The position numbers and the translations under genes are program-made. DNA of 63,497 nucleotides, the filler included, from Octopus bimaculoides (taxonomy: Eukaryota), in NCBI RefSeq assembly GCF_001194135.2. It is 6 parts of 6 records of this genome, joined end to end, with 100 filler letters (N's around TTAATTAATTAA, not from the genome) between each part and the next. Parts side by side here need not be neighbours in the genome. Positions count along the whole stretch, not along the records: positions 1 to 31,086 come from NC_068982.1; 5 more parts are not named here. One strand, given 5' to 3'. Below, piece after piece: positions 1 to 12,955 of the stretch (the stretch's first letter is position 1; each line of letters starts with the position of its first letter). The notes below the pieces were generated by a model that saw only the letters and a list, made by a program, of their open reading frames with translations, made no database searches and was not told the origin of the DNA.

Positions 1-404
1 ATATATATATATATATATATATATACATATGTGTGTGTGTGTATGTGTGTATGTATGTGTATGTGCGTGTGTAGGTGTGCATTTATGCGTGGATATATAT
101 GTACATATATATGTATATATGTACATATGTACATGCACTGAGATGCATAATGCGTATGGNNNNNNNNNNTACATACACATATACATACATACATACATGC
201 ATACGTACATTCATGCATAGACAGAAAGTGTACTAGTCACTTTAAGTTCTCTCTGTAGATTCAGTTCAAGATTTACTTAAACATTTGAAATGGTGTAGAA
301 ATTTAACAACAACAACAGCGACAAAACAACAACAACAATAATATTGACAATAATAATAATAATAATGATAATAATAATAATAATAATAATAATANNNNNN
401 NNNN

Positions 405-443
<39 letters not shown>

Positions 444-1075
444 TAAATAAATAATGCCAAAAACACTAAAACTAATATTAACAGACACAAAACAATGTAA
501 AGCTAAAAAGCTAAAAGACTATAATAAATAGAAGAAAACGGTGTATTCGGGTGGAATGTAGTGAATATCAAATTGAAAAATAAAGAACAACAAAATGTCG
601 TTGAAACGGAAAGGCCGGCTGCGAATAAATGGAAGTTTTAAATGTAGACAACAGTAAACATGAAAAAGGAGGATCGGCTATTATATGAAGCAGCAATTCA
701 TTTTCTCTATCTGAAACACACCATTGAATAAATAGTATCAGCAAGCTATACAGATTTACATGTGTACCAAGCAGAGTTATGCCGNNNNNNNNNNNNNNNN
801 NNNNNNNNNNNNNNNNNNNNNNNNNNNNNNNACATATGTACATGCACTGAGATGCATAATGCGTATGGGTACATACAGATACTATGTGCAGAAATATATA
901 TGAAGCGTTGAATAAATACACAGTGTACATATATATGGACATATATACTTAGATATACACACATGCATTCAAACACACTCACACATATATGTATATACAT
1001 ATATGCAAATATACTCATATATACCAATATTTACACATGTATATGTGAGCATATACATATAAAGAAAATGAATAA

Positions 1076-1153
<78 letters not shown>

Positions 1154-1425
1154 ATGTATGTATGTATGTATGTATGTATGAATATACTTACATATGCATA
1201 GTACAAAATGAATAAATCAGCAATCGAATCCATTGATATTTCACAGTAGACACGACGGTATGACTGTACATTGATAATAGTTTGCATAGATATATCATGT
1301 AAACTTAGTCTGTCTCATGTATGTCATATATACATTCCCATAGAAATTCTAAACGCTGTAAAATGAATGAGCTAGTAGATAAACTTGCACAAATGTTTAT
1401 CTATCTATCTATCTATATATATACA

Positions 1426-1968
1426 TATATGCTTTCGGTGCGAATAGTTTCTTATACGGCGCCGTTTTTACAATCGTGTAAATAATAATAATGGTAATTC
1501 TATATAAGCTTAAAGCTTATGGGGATCGCCTAGTAATGACTAAAGAAAATAGTCTAATAAAGAGGCATATAAGCCATCGGCACAAAATGCAGGTCTTGCC
1601 ATTCGCGTGGGACTCGAAACCACATCTCTTTGATAACGCGACTAAATGTATTACCTTTACACCAGCGAATCAGCCCACTCGTTTCGGTCATATTTAAGAA
1701 CTATAGTAGTTCGTGTTAGATTTTACCTGAACAACCTTTCTATATGCTTTCGGTTCGAATGGTTTTTTACACGGTTCCGTTTTTACAATCTTGTAAATAA
1801 TAATAATGGTATTTTTATATAAGCTTAAAGCTTATGGCGATCACCGTGCAATGACTAAGGAAAATAGTCTAATAAAGAGGCATATAAGCCCTCGACACAA
1901 AAAAAAGAATGCTTTCCTATCCGCGTGGGACTCGAACCCACATCTCTCTGTTAACACGACTAAGTGTA
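1426..1968. repeat. Tandem duplication with a 315-bp period (one full and one truncated unit)
   Basis: tatatgctttcggt... starts at both 1426 and 1741. The two units align over about 225 nt, including aagcttaaagcttatgg and aaaatagtctaataaagaggcatataagcc. Confidence 0.9.
1600..1671 (-). pseudogene. tRNA-like sequence (probable tRNA pseudogene, Asn-GTT-like)
   Basis: Minus strand GATTCGC TG GTGT AAAGGTAAT ACAT T TAGTC GCGTTAT CAAAG AGAT GTGGT TTCGAGT CCCAC GCGAATG. The acceptor stem ATTCGC/GCGAAT, D stem, A box (TGGTGTAAAGG) and T arm/B box are present, but the anticodon stem does not pair. A 3' half recurs at about 1920-1965. Confidence 0.55.
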
Positions 1969-2253
1969 CATACACGCACACATATATATGTTTACATGTA
2001 TGTATATATATATGTATATATATATACACACACACATATACATGCATTTACAAATACACCCACACACATATGTCTGTTTGTGTGTTTGATAAACTCAAGT
2101 TTATACCGTATCATTTGTTGTTCCCTACGTACGTTTCTCCATTGTGGATAGCATTATAATGGAAACAGAATGTGCAATTATATTGTACGAGTAGTGCCTA
2201 ACTCAACAATAGCAATCTAACTGTACATGCAATGTATATTTGTGCGTGCGTAC

Positions 2254-2310
<57 letters not shown>

Positions 2311-3117
2311 NNNNNNNNNNNNNNNNNNNNNNNNNNNNNNNNNNNNNNNNNNNNNNNNNNNNNNNNNNNNNNNNNNNNNNNNNNNNNNNNNNNNNNNNNN
2401 NNNNNNNNNNNNNNNNNNNNNNNNNNNNNNNNNNNNNNNNNNNNNNNNNNNNNNNNNNNNNNNNNNNNNNNNNNNNNNNNNNNNNNNNNNNNNNNNNNNN
2501 NNNNNNNNNNNNNNNNNNNNNNNNNNNNNNNNNNNNNNNNNNNNNNNNNNNNNNNNNNNNNNNNNNNNNNNNNNNNNNNNNNNNNNNNNNNNNNNNNNNN
2601 NNNNNNNNNNNNNNNNNNNNNNNNNNNNNNNNNNNNNNNNNNNNNNNNNNNNNNNNNNNNNNNNNNNNNNNNNNNNNNNNNNNNNNNNNNNNNNNNNNNN
2701 NNNNNNNNNNNNNNNNNNNNNNNNNNNNNNNNNNNNNNNNNNNNNNNNNNNNNNNNNNNNNNNNNNNNNNNNNNNNNNNNNNNNNNNNNNNNNNNNNNNN
2801 NNNNNNNNNNNNNNNNNNNNNNNNNNNNNNNNNNNNNNNNNNNNNNNNNNNNNNNNNNNNNNNNNNNNNNNNNNNNNNNNNNNNNNNNNNNNNNNNNNNN
2901 NNNNNNNNNNNNNNNNNNNNNNNNNNNNNNNNNNNNNNNNNNNNNNNNNNNNNNNNNNNNNNNNNNNNNNNNNNNNAAAAAAAAAAAAAAAAAAAAAACT
3001 AATAATTATAAAGGAGACTGAAATTAATCTCTGGCCGACGATGAGCCGAAAAGTAACTGAACTGAAATAATGTACAAAGTTTTGTATCAGTCTGAACCTT
3101 TGGTGATCCTTTTCTTT

Positions 3118-3343
3118 TTCGATCTCCTATAGGCGCAAAGCTTGAAATTTGTGTGTATGTGAGGCGTAGGGGTTGGGGCGGCCAGTCGATTACATCGATC
3201 CCAGTTTTTAACTTGTCCTTATTTTGTCAACAGAAAGGATAAAAAGCAAAATCAATCTCGACAAAAATTTAAGCCTTCAACGTAAAGCCAAAGTGTTAAG
3301 CTTCTGACCTGACGTACTAACGTTTCTACCAGCTCGCCGCCTT
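3118..3343 (-). mobile_element. SINE family A (tRNA-derived), degenerate copy
   Basis: Reverse complement of ggcggcgagctggcagaatcgttagc...gtcgatctaatcgactggcc...ttgtgccta, the family found in about 14 copies in this window. Confidence 0.7.
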
Positions 3344-4361
3344 TAAAATCCCGTGATCCACTACCATAATTATCGCAGGGATATGACTTTGTTGTAAAAC
3401 AATATTTTTTTTATTCACGGCAGGTTAACAATAATTTTCCCATTTTGAATCAGTGTTGTCAAAGAAAAAGAAGCCAGCCAGCTGAATCCTTGTAATATTC
3501 TGCCTCACAATCATCGCTGCTGGATGTCTAATGCTTGCTTGCAAAACTATAAAAAATGTAATAGTTACTTGTTTGTTTCGCCTAAGCAGGGACTATTTAG
3601 TGATGGGATATTAAAGAAGCAACGATTAATGCTTTTGTATAGTGCTCGATCCACCGTATTATTTGAAAAATATTTGCAAATTTAGAAATATTACAAATAT
3701 ATATATATATGTATGCGCGCGCGCATGTTTGGAGGGGATGGAAATGTTAGCTTTCTCGCCTAGCAGGTCGGGTAGCGTCAGTCGAAGGCTAAAACGATGC
3801 AAAATGCATTGTGACCAGCGATATGTAACATCATCTGATAGTCTGGTCGGTCACGTGATATATATGTATATATGTGCGTATATATANNNNNNNNNNNNNN
3901 NNNNNNNNNNNNNNNNNNNNNNNNNNNNNNNNNNNNNNNNNNNNNNNNNNNNNNNNNNNNNNNNNNNNNNNNNNNNNNNNNNNNNNNNNNNNNNNNNNNN
4001 NNNNNNNNNNNNNNNNNNNNNNNNNNNNNNNNNNNNNNNNNNNNGGCAGTAATCGTTTTCACCTCAATAGACGTCATTGATTGGTTGAAATTACCGAAAT
4101 ACCTTCGAAATAACTTCGAAAATAAAGAATTTTCTTAAAAACGCCAAGAGTAAATGAGGTTTTAAATGACACATTCTAGCAGTATACGAAATTTGAAAGT
4201 GTTTAGTTACAAAAAATTATTTTTTCTATGTGCCGGCCAAAAGGAAAAGATCTCAATCGATTTTCTGTTCAAGAATGCATTATGGTTTGCACACTCGAAA
4301 AAAAGGCAGATAATGGATGAACAAGTTATAGGCGTATGAGACACGAATATTTCTTTGTAAT

Positions 4362-4561
4362 TTTAGCACAAGGCTAGCAATTTTGAGGCAATGGGGAAGA
4401 CGATTACTAGTCAGGACATGACCAGTACTTATTTTATTGACTACAAAATGAAGAAAGGCGAAGTTGACCTCGGTTCGATTTGAATTCAGAACGTAAAGAG
4501 CCAAAAGAAAATCTGCTAAGCATTTTATCCGGCGCGATAACAATTCTGCCACCTCACTGCC
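4362..4561 (-). mobile_element. SINE family A copy
   Basis: Contains ggcgaagttgacctcggttcgatttgaattcagaacgtaaaga...gctaagcatttt...aacaattctgccacctc. Confidence 0.75.
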
Positions 4562-5894
4562 TCATGTAGCGCAAATATTGAGGTGAGATGTCATGGGTTT
4601 GAAACTAGATTTACGCTGTTATACCTCCGACGCATTAGAGCTTAAAAAGGCTAACGGTAGTTGTTGAACTATACGCAGAAGTAGATAGTAAGGCATCATA
4701 GATTTAATACTGGTATTGAGAAAAGAAAAAAAAAATTCGCTGTGGCTACGAGTGAAGATCAAAAAAATTCCTGAACAAGTGGTAAAACGAAATATATTCT
4801 GCATGTTTACGGTAGTTCAAATTACCCTTGGTTTGGTGTGATGACAGCATCAATAGTAGGAAGATAAACAAAAGTGTACTGCTATATGTGCCTAGCAAGT
4901 CCAACATTCTTCGCAGTTCGACACCACATGAAGAAGCAATTGTGTCGGAAAATACCAAATCGTTGATGAAGGGATCGCCACTCAAAGCAAACTATTAACA
5001 GAAACACACACACACACACAATCATGTCTATGTATATAAACAATGATAAAGGTGGTTAGAAATGTATTTCTACGCAGATATATACATGTATTTACAAGTT
5101 TATACATGCATGCGTTCACTTAGATATGTGTATGTGTGTGTATTTATACATACATACACACTTATCTGAGCGTAAGTATATGCGTACGTATAAAAAGCCA
5201 TGCCATTCGTGTTTATGTGTTTTGTATTACTACTCGTTTCTGTTTGCGTATATATATACATATATATATATGTATGTATGTATGTATATCTACGTACATT
5301 TATATGCATCAACCTCTGTTCTTAATGCATATGTTTATGTTAGAAAAACAGAACATTTCTGCTTGCCAAGTGAGGTCCAAACGTTTTAACATTGCTCAAA
5401 GCCTTATCAAGTTACTGCAAGCTTAAGAAAAAATATACACGACCACTTGATTTCACGATAAAACATTGACAACCAGTTCCTCTCTCCCTCAAACCGTTTG
5501 TATTATTTTTAATCGCAAACCCTTTCTCTCTTGTCCAGCTATTATTTAGTCGCCAACAATTTATGCATTGGTGTTTAATCTACGAAATCTGGGTCACTTA
5601 GTTTTTTTTTTCTCTTTCTTTAAATCTAAACCTACTGATGTAAGTAAGCATGTGTGGAATTCGGGGCTCATTTCTTCCCACAGTAATAGCTGTTGACATT
5701 TATTTAAATGAATAAAGTAATTTTTTTCAGGTGGTCTTGAAAATTAAACAGTATGCGAATAGAAATCATCTTATGTTGGTTGTTGTTTCAAATATACGTT
5801 ATTTAAATTTATTTATCCTATATTCTAAACGAAAAGTCCTCTTGTTTTTGTCTGACCATCCCGTTATTTAGGTTCCAGTGCACCCTGGTTAGAA

Positions 5895-6079
5895 GGTGAC
5901 GAGCTGGCAAAATCGTTATTTCTTCTGTCTTTACGTTCTGAGTTTAAATTCCGCCGAGGTCGACTTTGCCTTTCATCTTTTCGGGGTCGATAAATTAAGT
6001 ACGATTTGCGTACTGGGATCGATCTAATCGACTGGCCCCCTCCCCCAAAATTTCGGGCCTTGTGCCTAGAGTAGAAAAG
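5895..6079 (+). mobile_element. SINE family A copy with a 5' internal deletion
   Basis: ggtgacgagctggcaaaatcgtt...acgttctgagtttaaattccgccgaggtcgactttgcctttcatc...tttcgggccttgtgcctagagtagaaaag. Confidence 0.85.
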
Positions 6080-6537
6080 TTGGTGGCTCCTTAACCTCGT
6101 ATAAATTCCTATTGCTTAATAAATTTTGTACCTACCTCCTCCCAGATGATGTGCTGAAGTAGTTGTTTTCTATTGAACGGAATATAGTAAATATTTCCTG
6201 CAGTCCAACGGTGGTATAAAATGTAAAATCGAAGCTAAATGACTGGTTTGAATTCAGTCATTAATGAACGAAATTAATATCTGCTCAGTATCAAAATATC
6301 TGCTTTATTATCTGGGCCGCCTTTATAAATCTGATGGTAACATCACAATAAATTTATTAAGATAAAAGTAATAGTAATGGCTTCAACATTTGGAACAAGG
6401 TAAGTACTTTTAGGAAGTAGGGGATCAGTTGAATGATCAGTTCATATATGATTTCAGTGTACATGTTTTCCAAATAACTAAGGATTGATATTGAATAAAC
6501 TTTCATATATATTTGGAAGGTTTAAAAAAGTTCGTTA

Positions 6538-7235
6538 CTAAACTTTTTCCATTCACTTGAAGTTTTTCAAATTTTTACCAGATTATTTTCATAAATTGTA
6601 GTTTTAATGTAGCTTTGCATGCTGATGACGAAAATCGCATTCGTTTTCTCTAGAATTTGAAAATAAAAGATTCACAAACGTTTAGAATTATGCAATTTTA
6701 GCCAATCGGCAGTCTACATTATCAAGCATACCGGACGTTGTGATTGTTTGTCATCACCACCGTTTTCCGTTAAACTTTGTAAACGATTTTATCATTTGAA
6801 AAGATTAAAAAAAAAAGCAAGTCCATTTGAGACTGATTTTTAATTTAAATGTTACTAGTGCTCAACAAGTGGAAAGTACTAGAATCTGCTTCAAGGGAGG
6901 TAATAAAGGATGTTGTGGCACACTGTTACGTCCTTTTTATATTTTTCAAACAATATGATGTTAAGATAAATCTAGTTGCTATTTCCAGTAGGTTTCGAAT
7001 GTGTTGTTCCCATGGGGGACAAACAATTGAAACATCTGATATGCCTGGCAATAAAGGTTGCCGATTGGCTAAAATTACATAATTTTAAACAATTGTAACT
7101 TTACTATGATTAATTTCTATAAAACAGAATGAATGCGATTTTCATCATCAGTATGCAAAACTCCTTTAGAATTACATTTTTTGAAAATAATCTAGTGAAA
7201 ATTTGAAAAGCTCCAAGTGGTAGGAAAAATTTAAC
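6538..7235. mobile_element. Fold-back (MITE-like) element with arms of about 210 bp
   Basis: The left arm (ttttcaaatttttaccagattattttca...gaaaatcgcattc...ttttagccaatcggca...attgtttgtc) is the reverse complement of the right arm (gacaaacaat...tgccgattggctaaaa...gaatgcgattttc...tgaaaataatctagtgaaaatttgaaaa). Confidence 0.75.
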
Positions 7236-7801
7236 AATATTCGTTTGTTGATTAGCTATCCTCAGTGATGCTAGTACAACCTTTTGCAAGCAGCAAATCC
7301 GTGTTATAAATGTTTCCCTAGAGCAACATAGCAAGCGAATTTGCTTATATAATATATTAAAATGAACCTTAGAATGGGAATAAAAGCTCTGCGTAACTAT
7401 TTTGCGTGTACTTCATTTCTTCAGCATCCAACCGGACTTGATTGTAAAGTTTTAGGTAACGTGGGTAATATGTCGCTGATAGATTTATTGATTTAGTTAC
7501 AAGTGGATCTAGGGACGCTGTAACAAAAAAATTAGAGGTCGAATATACATAAAATTGGTGTGATTCAGCGTGTAAAGGGCTTGTAGGTAAGCTGGAAGGT
7601 GAGTTAAGAAGCGACAAAGATATTTTGCTCAGACAGAGATGCGACATGACAAGAAATTCAATAGGCAATCAATTCTTTTGATTAGCTTTGATGCTTTCCT
7701 GTAATATCTTCCCCCAAACACTCCTGGAGAACTTTGCTGCGAGGCTGGAGGGAAGAAAGTCAAAGGTAAATTTAAGTCTATTATGTCTCACAACTGTGTG
7801 T

Positions 7802-8037
7802 GGCACTGGTACTCCGTCGCTTCCGACAACGAGAGTTCCAGTTGATCCGGTCAACGGAACAGCCTGCTTATGAAATTAACTTGAAATATTAGTACTACTC
7901 ATTTTTGGTAGCTGAGTTAACCGAAGCAACGTGAAATAAAATTTCTTGTTCAGGGACACAACGCGCCGCCGGGAATCGAACTCGCAACCTGATTATCGTG
8001 AGCCGAATACCCTAACCACTAAGCCATGCGCCTTCAC
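7802..8037 (-). mobile_element. tRNA/CORE-like SINE (head D joined to tail C)
   Basis: Minus head ggcgcatggcttagtggttagggtattcggctcacga...gagttcgattcccgg has A and B boxes. It is followed by ttgtgtccctgaacaagaaattttatttcacgttgc and then the tail gcaggctgttccgttgaccggatcaactggaac shared with 21330-21440. Confidence 0.75.
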
Positions 8038-8742
8038 TTAGGTGTGTATACATACAATATAATCGTCCGTGCGTGTATGTTTGAGTGTGTATTTTATGTG
8101 TGTGTGTTTGAGAGAGAGAGACAGAGAGAGAGACAGAGAGACAGAGAGAGAGAGAGAGAAAGAGAGAGATAGAGAGAGAGAGTAAATGTATTTAGATACT
8201 GATGTCGGTTAGCCATAAAAGCAACCAAGTACATGCGTAACCACCAGAAACCTTTACTTCTGTCTGATAGGTTATTTCAGCAGACAGCTGAGGAGAAACA
8301 TTCTCAGATATTTGATCTAGTCAGTGGTCACGTTACTGAGAAAAGACACGTGTGTACAGAAAATATATACAATATCAGTCCCATTAACCTACTAACACAG
8401 TTAAATATCTTGTTTAAGGTATTGGTGAAACCAATGGAAGCTGTTCACTTTAGCATAATTGGACCTAACAAGTAGATATATTGTGTGATAAACTATTGAG
8501 AGGGTATGTGTCAGATAAGATATTAGTGGTTCACTGTTCGAAATAAATTAGAGGTTGATGTTTCTCAAAAGAGATCAAATACCAGTACTCGTTGGCCAAC
8601 TTAGAGGTGAACTGTTTCAGGCTCCATGTCCATTACGGAAAGCGTTTTGTGTCCGAATCTACATAGCTATATAAGAAAGAATATTAAACAAGTGAAGAAT
8701 ATATAAAGTATAGCCAAAGAAATTTATGAGTTAATTTCAAAG

Positions 8743-8965
8743 ATGGCGAGTTAGTAGAATCGTTAGAACGTCGGACAAACTTCTTGGCAGCATTTCTTGC
8801 TCTTCTTTACGTTCTGAATTCCAGTACTGCCTAGGTCAACTTTAACTTACTTCCATTCAAGGTCGATAAAATAAAGTAGTAGCTAAGCACTGGGGCGGGG
8901 TAGGGGATCGATGTAAATCACTAACACCCCAACTATATTTCAGGCCTTGTGCCTACAGTGGAAAC
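8743..8965 (+). mobile_element. SINE family A, degenerate copy
   Basis: gatggcgagttagtagaatcgttagaacgtcggac...ttacgttctgaattcc...ggtcgataaaataaagta...tttcaggccttgtgccta. Confidence 0.7.
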
Positions 8966-9480
8966 AATATTAGTTGATTCCTAATATGTTTTATATTGAG
9001 AAATAAAGAAAAAACTCTTCATACATTTGATCGCACGAATACATGTGGTCACCAGGTTGCTTCGACAGTTAAAAAACAAACAATAACACTGTTATTATTA
9101 CATTAACAAAGAAAACTTGTGACCATGTGTATGCGTGTCATCACCATCATATCATTTTGTAGCATTTTTTGTCACGGGTGAGTGTAATTTAGTTACAACT
9201 TGAAGAAGAACAGACGACTGTGCAGAGGTTTCATGTTTGGTTTCCTTCATTACAAGGAGAACTCAGCAGATATTCCGATATGTCTGTATAAGCATGCATT
9301 GAATTTGAAGTTTTACTACGTAAGCTGAACAACTTCGGAAACTTCTCGATCGAACTGAGACACATCTGGAATATCATGATTAAACTACTTACAGGTAAGA
9401 ATAAAATTTATATCCATAGGCACATATGACTTTACAAAATGGGGTACAACGATTTGCATAAATCACGCATTAGCTGGCTG

Positions 9481-9570
9481 CCACACCGTCGGTTATGACG
9501 ACGAGAGTTGATCCGGTCAATGGAACAGCCTCCTTGTGAAATTAACCTGCAAATGGCCGAGCACTCATTC
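9481..9570 (-). mobile_element. SINE tail C fragment
   Basis: ccgtcggttatgacgacgagagttgatccggtcaatggaacagcctccttgtgaaattaacctgcaaatggccgagcactc matches the reverse complement of 21340-21435. Confidence 0.65.
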
Positions 9571-10223
9571 TGAGAGTAGATTCAAATTTGTGAAGTTGGC
9601 TGGTGCTTCACAATAAATATATGCATACATATGTGCATACATGCATATGTAGATATGAGTGTGTATGTGTGTATATGTGTGTGTGTATGCGCGTGCATGT
9701 ATGTTTCTGAATGTGTATGCATGTATATATGTCTATTTTTATATAGGCATACCAATGTATATATATATATATATATATATATATNNNNNNNNNNNNNNNN
9801 NNNNNNNNNNNNNNNNNNNNNNNNNNNNNNNNNNNNNNNNNNNNNNNNNNNNNNNNNNNNNNNNNNNNNNNNNNNNNNNNNNNNNNNNNNNNNNNNNNNN
9901 NNNNNNNNNNNNNNNNNNNNNNNNNNNNNNNNNNNNNNNNNNNNNNNNNNNNNNNNNNNNNNNNNNNNNNNNNNNNNNNNNNNNNNNNNNNNNNNNNNNN
10001 NNNNNNNNNNNNNNNNNNNNNNNNNNNNNNNNNNNNNNNNNNNNNNNNNNNNNNNNNNNNNNNNNNNNNNNNNNNNNNNNNNNNNNNNNNNNNNNNNNNN
10101 NNNNNNNNNNNNNNNNNNNNNNNNNNNNNNNNNNNNNNNNNNNNNNNNNNNNNNNNNNNNNNNNNNNNNNNNNNNNNNNNNNNNNNNNNNNNNNNNNNNN
10201 NNNNNNNNNNNNNNNNNNNNNNN

Positions 10224-10254
<31 letters not shown>

Positions 10255-10304
10255 CGTATATATATACATATACACACACATATATACACATACATATGTG
10301 TATG

Positions 10305-10335
<31 letters not shown>

Positions 10336-10476
10336 GTGTATATATATGTATATATATATATATATGTGTATGTGTGTGTGTATATGTGTGTGTGTATGTG
10401 TGTTTGTGTGTACGTAAATATCGAACAGTGAGAATGAGTACTCAACCCGACATTGGTGGATAGAGAATTCTTTATT

Positions 10477-10673
10477 TGTGGATTAAGGCTCCCATTGGTT
10501 TCATGTCGGGGAAACCCTTAATAATTATCAAAGCTATCGCGCAGGACATCGGTGTTCGTCCGCATTTTGATTTTTCAGTGTAACATGGAGACGAACACCG
10601 ATGTTCCTTGTGATGTGTTTGATAATTGTTAAGGGTTTCCTAAGCACGAATGGAATGTTAGCCTTAATCCACA
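10477..10673. mobile_element. Palindromic MITE-like element, about 197 bp
   Basis: Arms tgtggattaaggct...ggaaacccttaataattatcaaa...acatcggtgttcgtc and gacgaacaccgatgt...tttgataattgttaagggtttcc...agccttaatccaca, separated by a loop of about 27 nt. Confidence 0.8.
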
Positions 10674-11125
10674 GATATATATATATATATATATCAAAAT
10701 ATATAGCATCAGCTGAATACGTGTGTAATATTGATTTTATGGTTTTAGTGCCTGACTGCTACCCGATCAGAAGCTACTGATCTGATTATTTCTTCAACAA
10801 TCAGGGATATAACAGCCTAAACGGGCGAAACAAAATAACACATGACCTTAAACCGGGAGTTATGTTTTAATGCTATTCCAGCGTTCTCAATACAATTGGA
10901 CGGGGACTTACGCATGTGAAAACTTGTACATATGTCTATTGATGAACACACACGTATACATAACCATATATGCCCGTAAACATATATATTTATGAGTGTG
11001 TATATGTGCGTATATATATATATATATACATTTATTATACGCCTACGCGTATGTAAATATTTGTTTAAGTATATCATCGTATTTAAATATACGTATATAC
11101 CAATATTAATATCAATATATACATA

Positions 11126-11172
<47 letters not shown>

Positions 11173-11525
11173 GTATGTCTGTCTGTATGTATGTATATGC
11201 ATACACACACACGCGCACACACATACACACATACACATCTACACACGCATACATACACTGAGTCACATATATCCTAAAATACAAAAATATATAGACAAAT
11301 ACTACAATAAAATAATCAACAAAAATGCCAATAAGTAAATAAACCTTTAAAGCTAAACAAATAAGAGACACTGAAAGAATGACACCGCCCACCCAAGTAC
11401 GTGGTAGGGTTGACACCGAGAGAGGCTGGATAGGAGGGTATGTCTGTCAGGTAAGGAAATGGTACTGTGGTAGTGGAGATGGGGGTGATGGAAAAGGATA
11501 TTGATAGTCTGTTTTCTATGATGCA

Positions 11526-11593
<68 letters not shown>

Positions 11594-11770
11594 TGTGTGT
11601 GTGTGTGTATGTGTTTGTGTGTAGTTAGCTAGGGTGGAAGCATTCGTTCTGAAAATATAGATATAGAGAAATGTTGGTGCTAGCTGTAGTACTGGTAGAA
11701 ATAGTATTAGTATCGGTAGTAGTACGACAACTATTACTATTATATCCGAAAAGATGAAACGGCAAATCAA

Positions 11771-12068
11771 TCTCCGAACGTAAAGACGGAAGAAATGTCA
11801 CTAAGCATTTTGTCCGGTATGCTAATGATTCTGCCAGCTCACCGCCTTAGTAATAATAATCCTTTCTACAAAGGCGCAAGGCCTGAAATATTGCCCATTA
11901 CATCGACCCCAGTGTTTCATTGGTACTTAATTTACCAACCCCGAGAGGATGAAAAGCAAAGTCGACCTCTGCAGAATTTGAACTCAGAGCGTGAAGACGG
12001 ACGAAATGCTGCTAAGCATTCCGCCCGGCGTGGTAACGATTCTTCCAGCTCAGCGGCTTACCGCCTTA
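11771..12068 (-). mobile_element. Two tandem SINE family A copies (11771-11850 5' part; 11862-12068 near full length)
   Basis: Both end in ...ttctgccagctcaccgcctt or similar, the reverse complement of the family A head. Confidence 0.8.
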
Positions 12069-12733
12069 AGTAATATCAATAAGAGTAGTAGTAGCACTAC
12101 TAGTAGTGTTACAACCAGTGGTACATATGGTAGCTGAGGCAGTGTCAGCAATTATGATAGTAGTAGTAGTAGTAGTTGTGGTAGTGGTTGCTGCTGTTAT
12201 GAAGGTGACAGCTTTGGATGTGTCTTTTGGTAGCATTTTTTTGTTGTCTTTTCTACTGATAAGAGAACTGAGGACAAACGTCTTGTAACTGACTTGTCCC
12301 CTCCCCCAAATTTCAGGCCTTGTGCCTATAGTAGAAAGGATAATTATTGTTTGATTTTAAAAGAGCTTTTAGTGAGAGAGCATGGATGTCGTGTGGTAAT
12401 CGAGGAGTTGTGATGATGACAGATCAGGTGGCTTGTTAAATGTGGTGGCTGTGTCAATGTTCTGGTAGAACAAATAGAGTGTGGGCTGTTTTTCAGTACT
12501 TGGCCCTAAACTAGACTCGAACTCCAGTGAAAATTTTTTTTTCCTGTAATTACTTTCATAATTAAAACAATAAAAGTTATATATTACGATGGATAAAACT
12601 AAGTAAGGATATTTAACTTGTTTGTAAAGTTGGGCCATTGTATGAAAATGATGACGCGATTATAATGGATCTCAAATAAAATTTGGTTGCAGTGTTGTTG
12701 GTTAAAATGTTTAATGTTGATGCTGAGGATGAT

Positions 12734-12955
12734 AGGAACGTTAGCACGCCGGGCGAAATGCTTAGCTGTATTTCATTTGTCTTCACGTTCTGAGTTCAAA
12801 TTCCGCCTTGGTCGACTTTGCCTTTTATCCTTTTGGGGTCGATTAAATAAGTATCAGTTACTCAACAGAGTCGATCTAATCGATTTAATCTCCTTGTCTG
12901 TCCTTGTTTGTCACCTCTGTTTGTCCGCTATGGGCAATAAACAAATAAATAAATA
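12734..12955 (+). mobile_element. SINE family A variant with an alternative tail
   Basis: The family A body (gttagcacgccgggcgaaatgcttag...gtcgactttgcc) ends in tccttgtttgtcacctctgtttgtccgctatgggcaataaacaaata instead of ...ggccttgtgccta. Confidence 0.75.

Noticed and set aside
9200-9400. Possible plus-strand exon ending at acag|gtaaga
   Set aside because: The open frame (EFEVLLRKLNNFGNFSIELRHIWNIMIKLLT) resembles no protein I recognise and lacks a matching acceptor.
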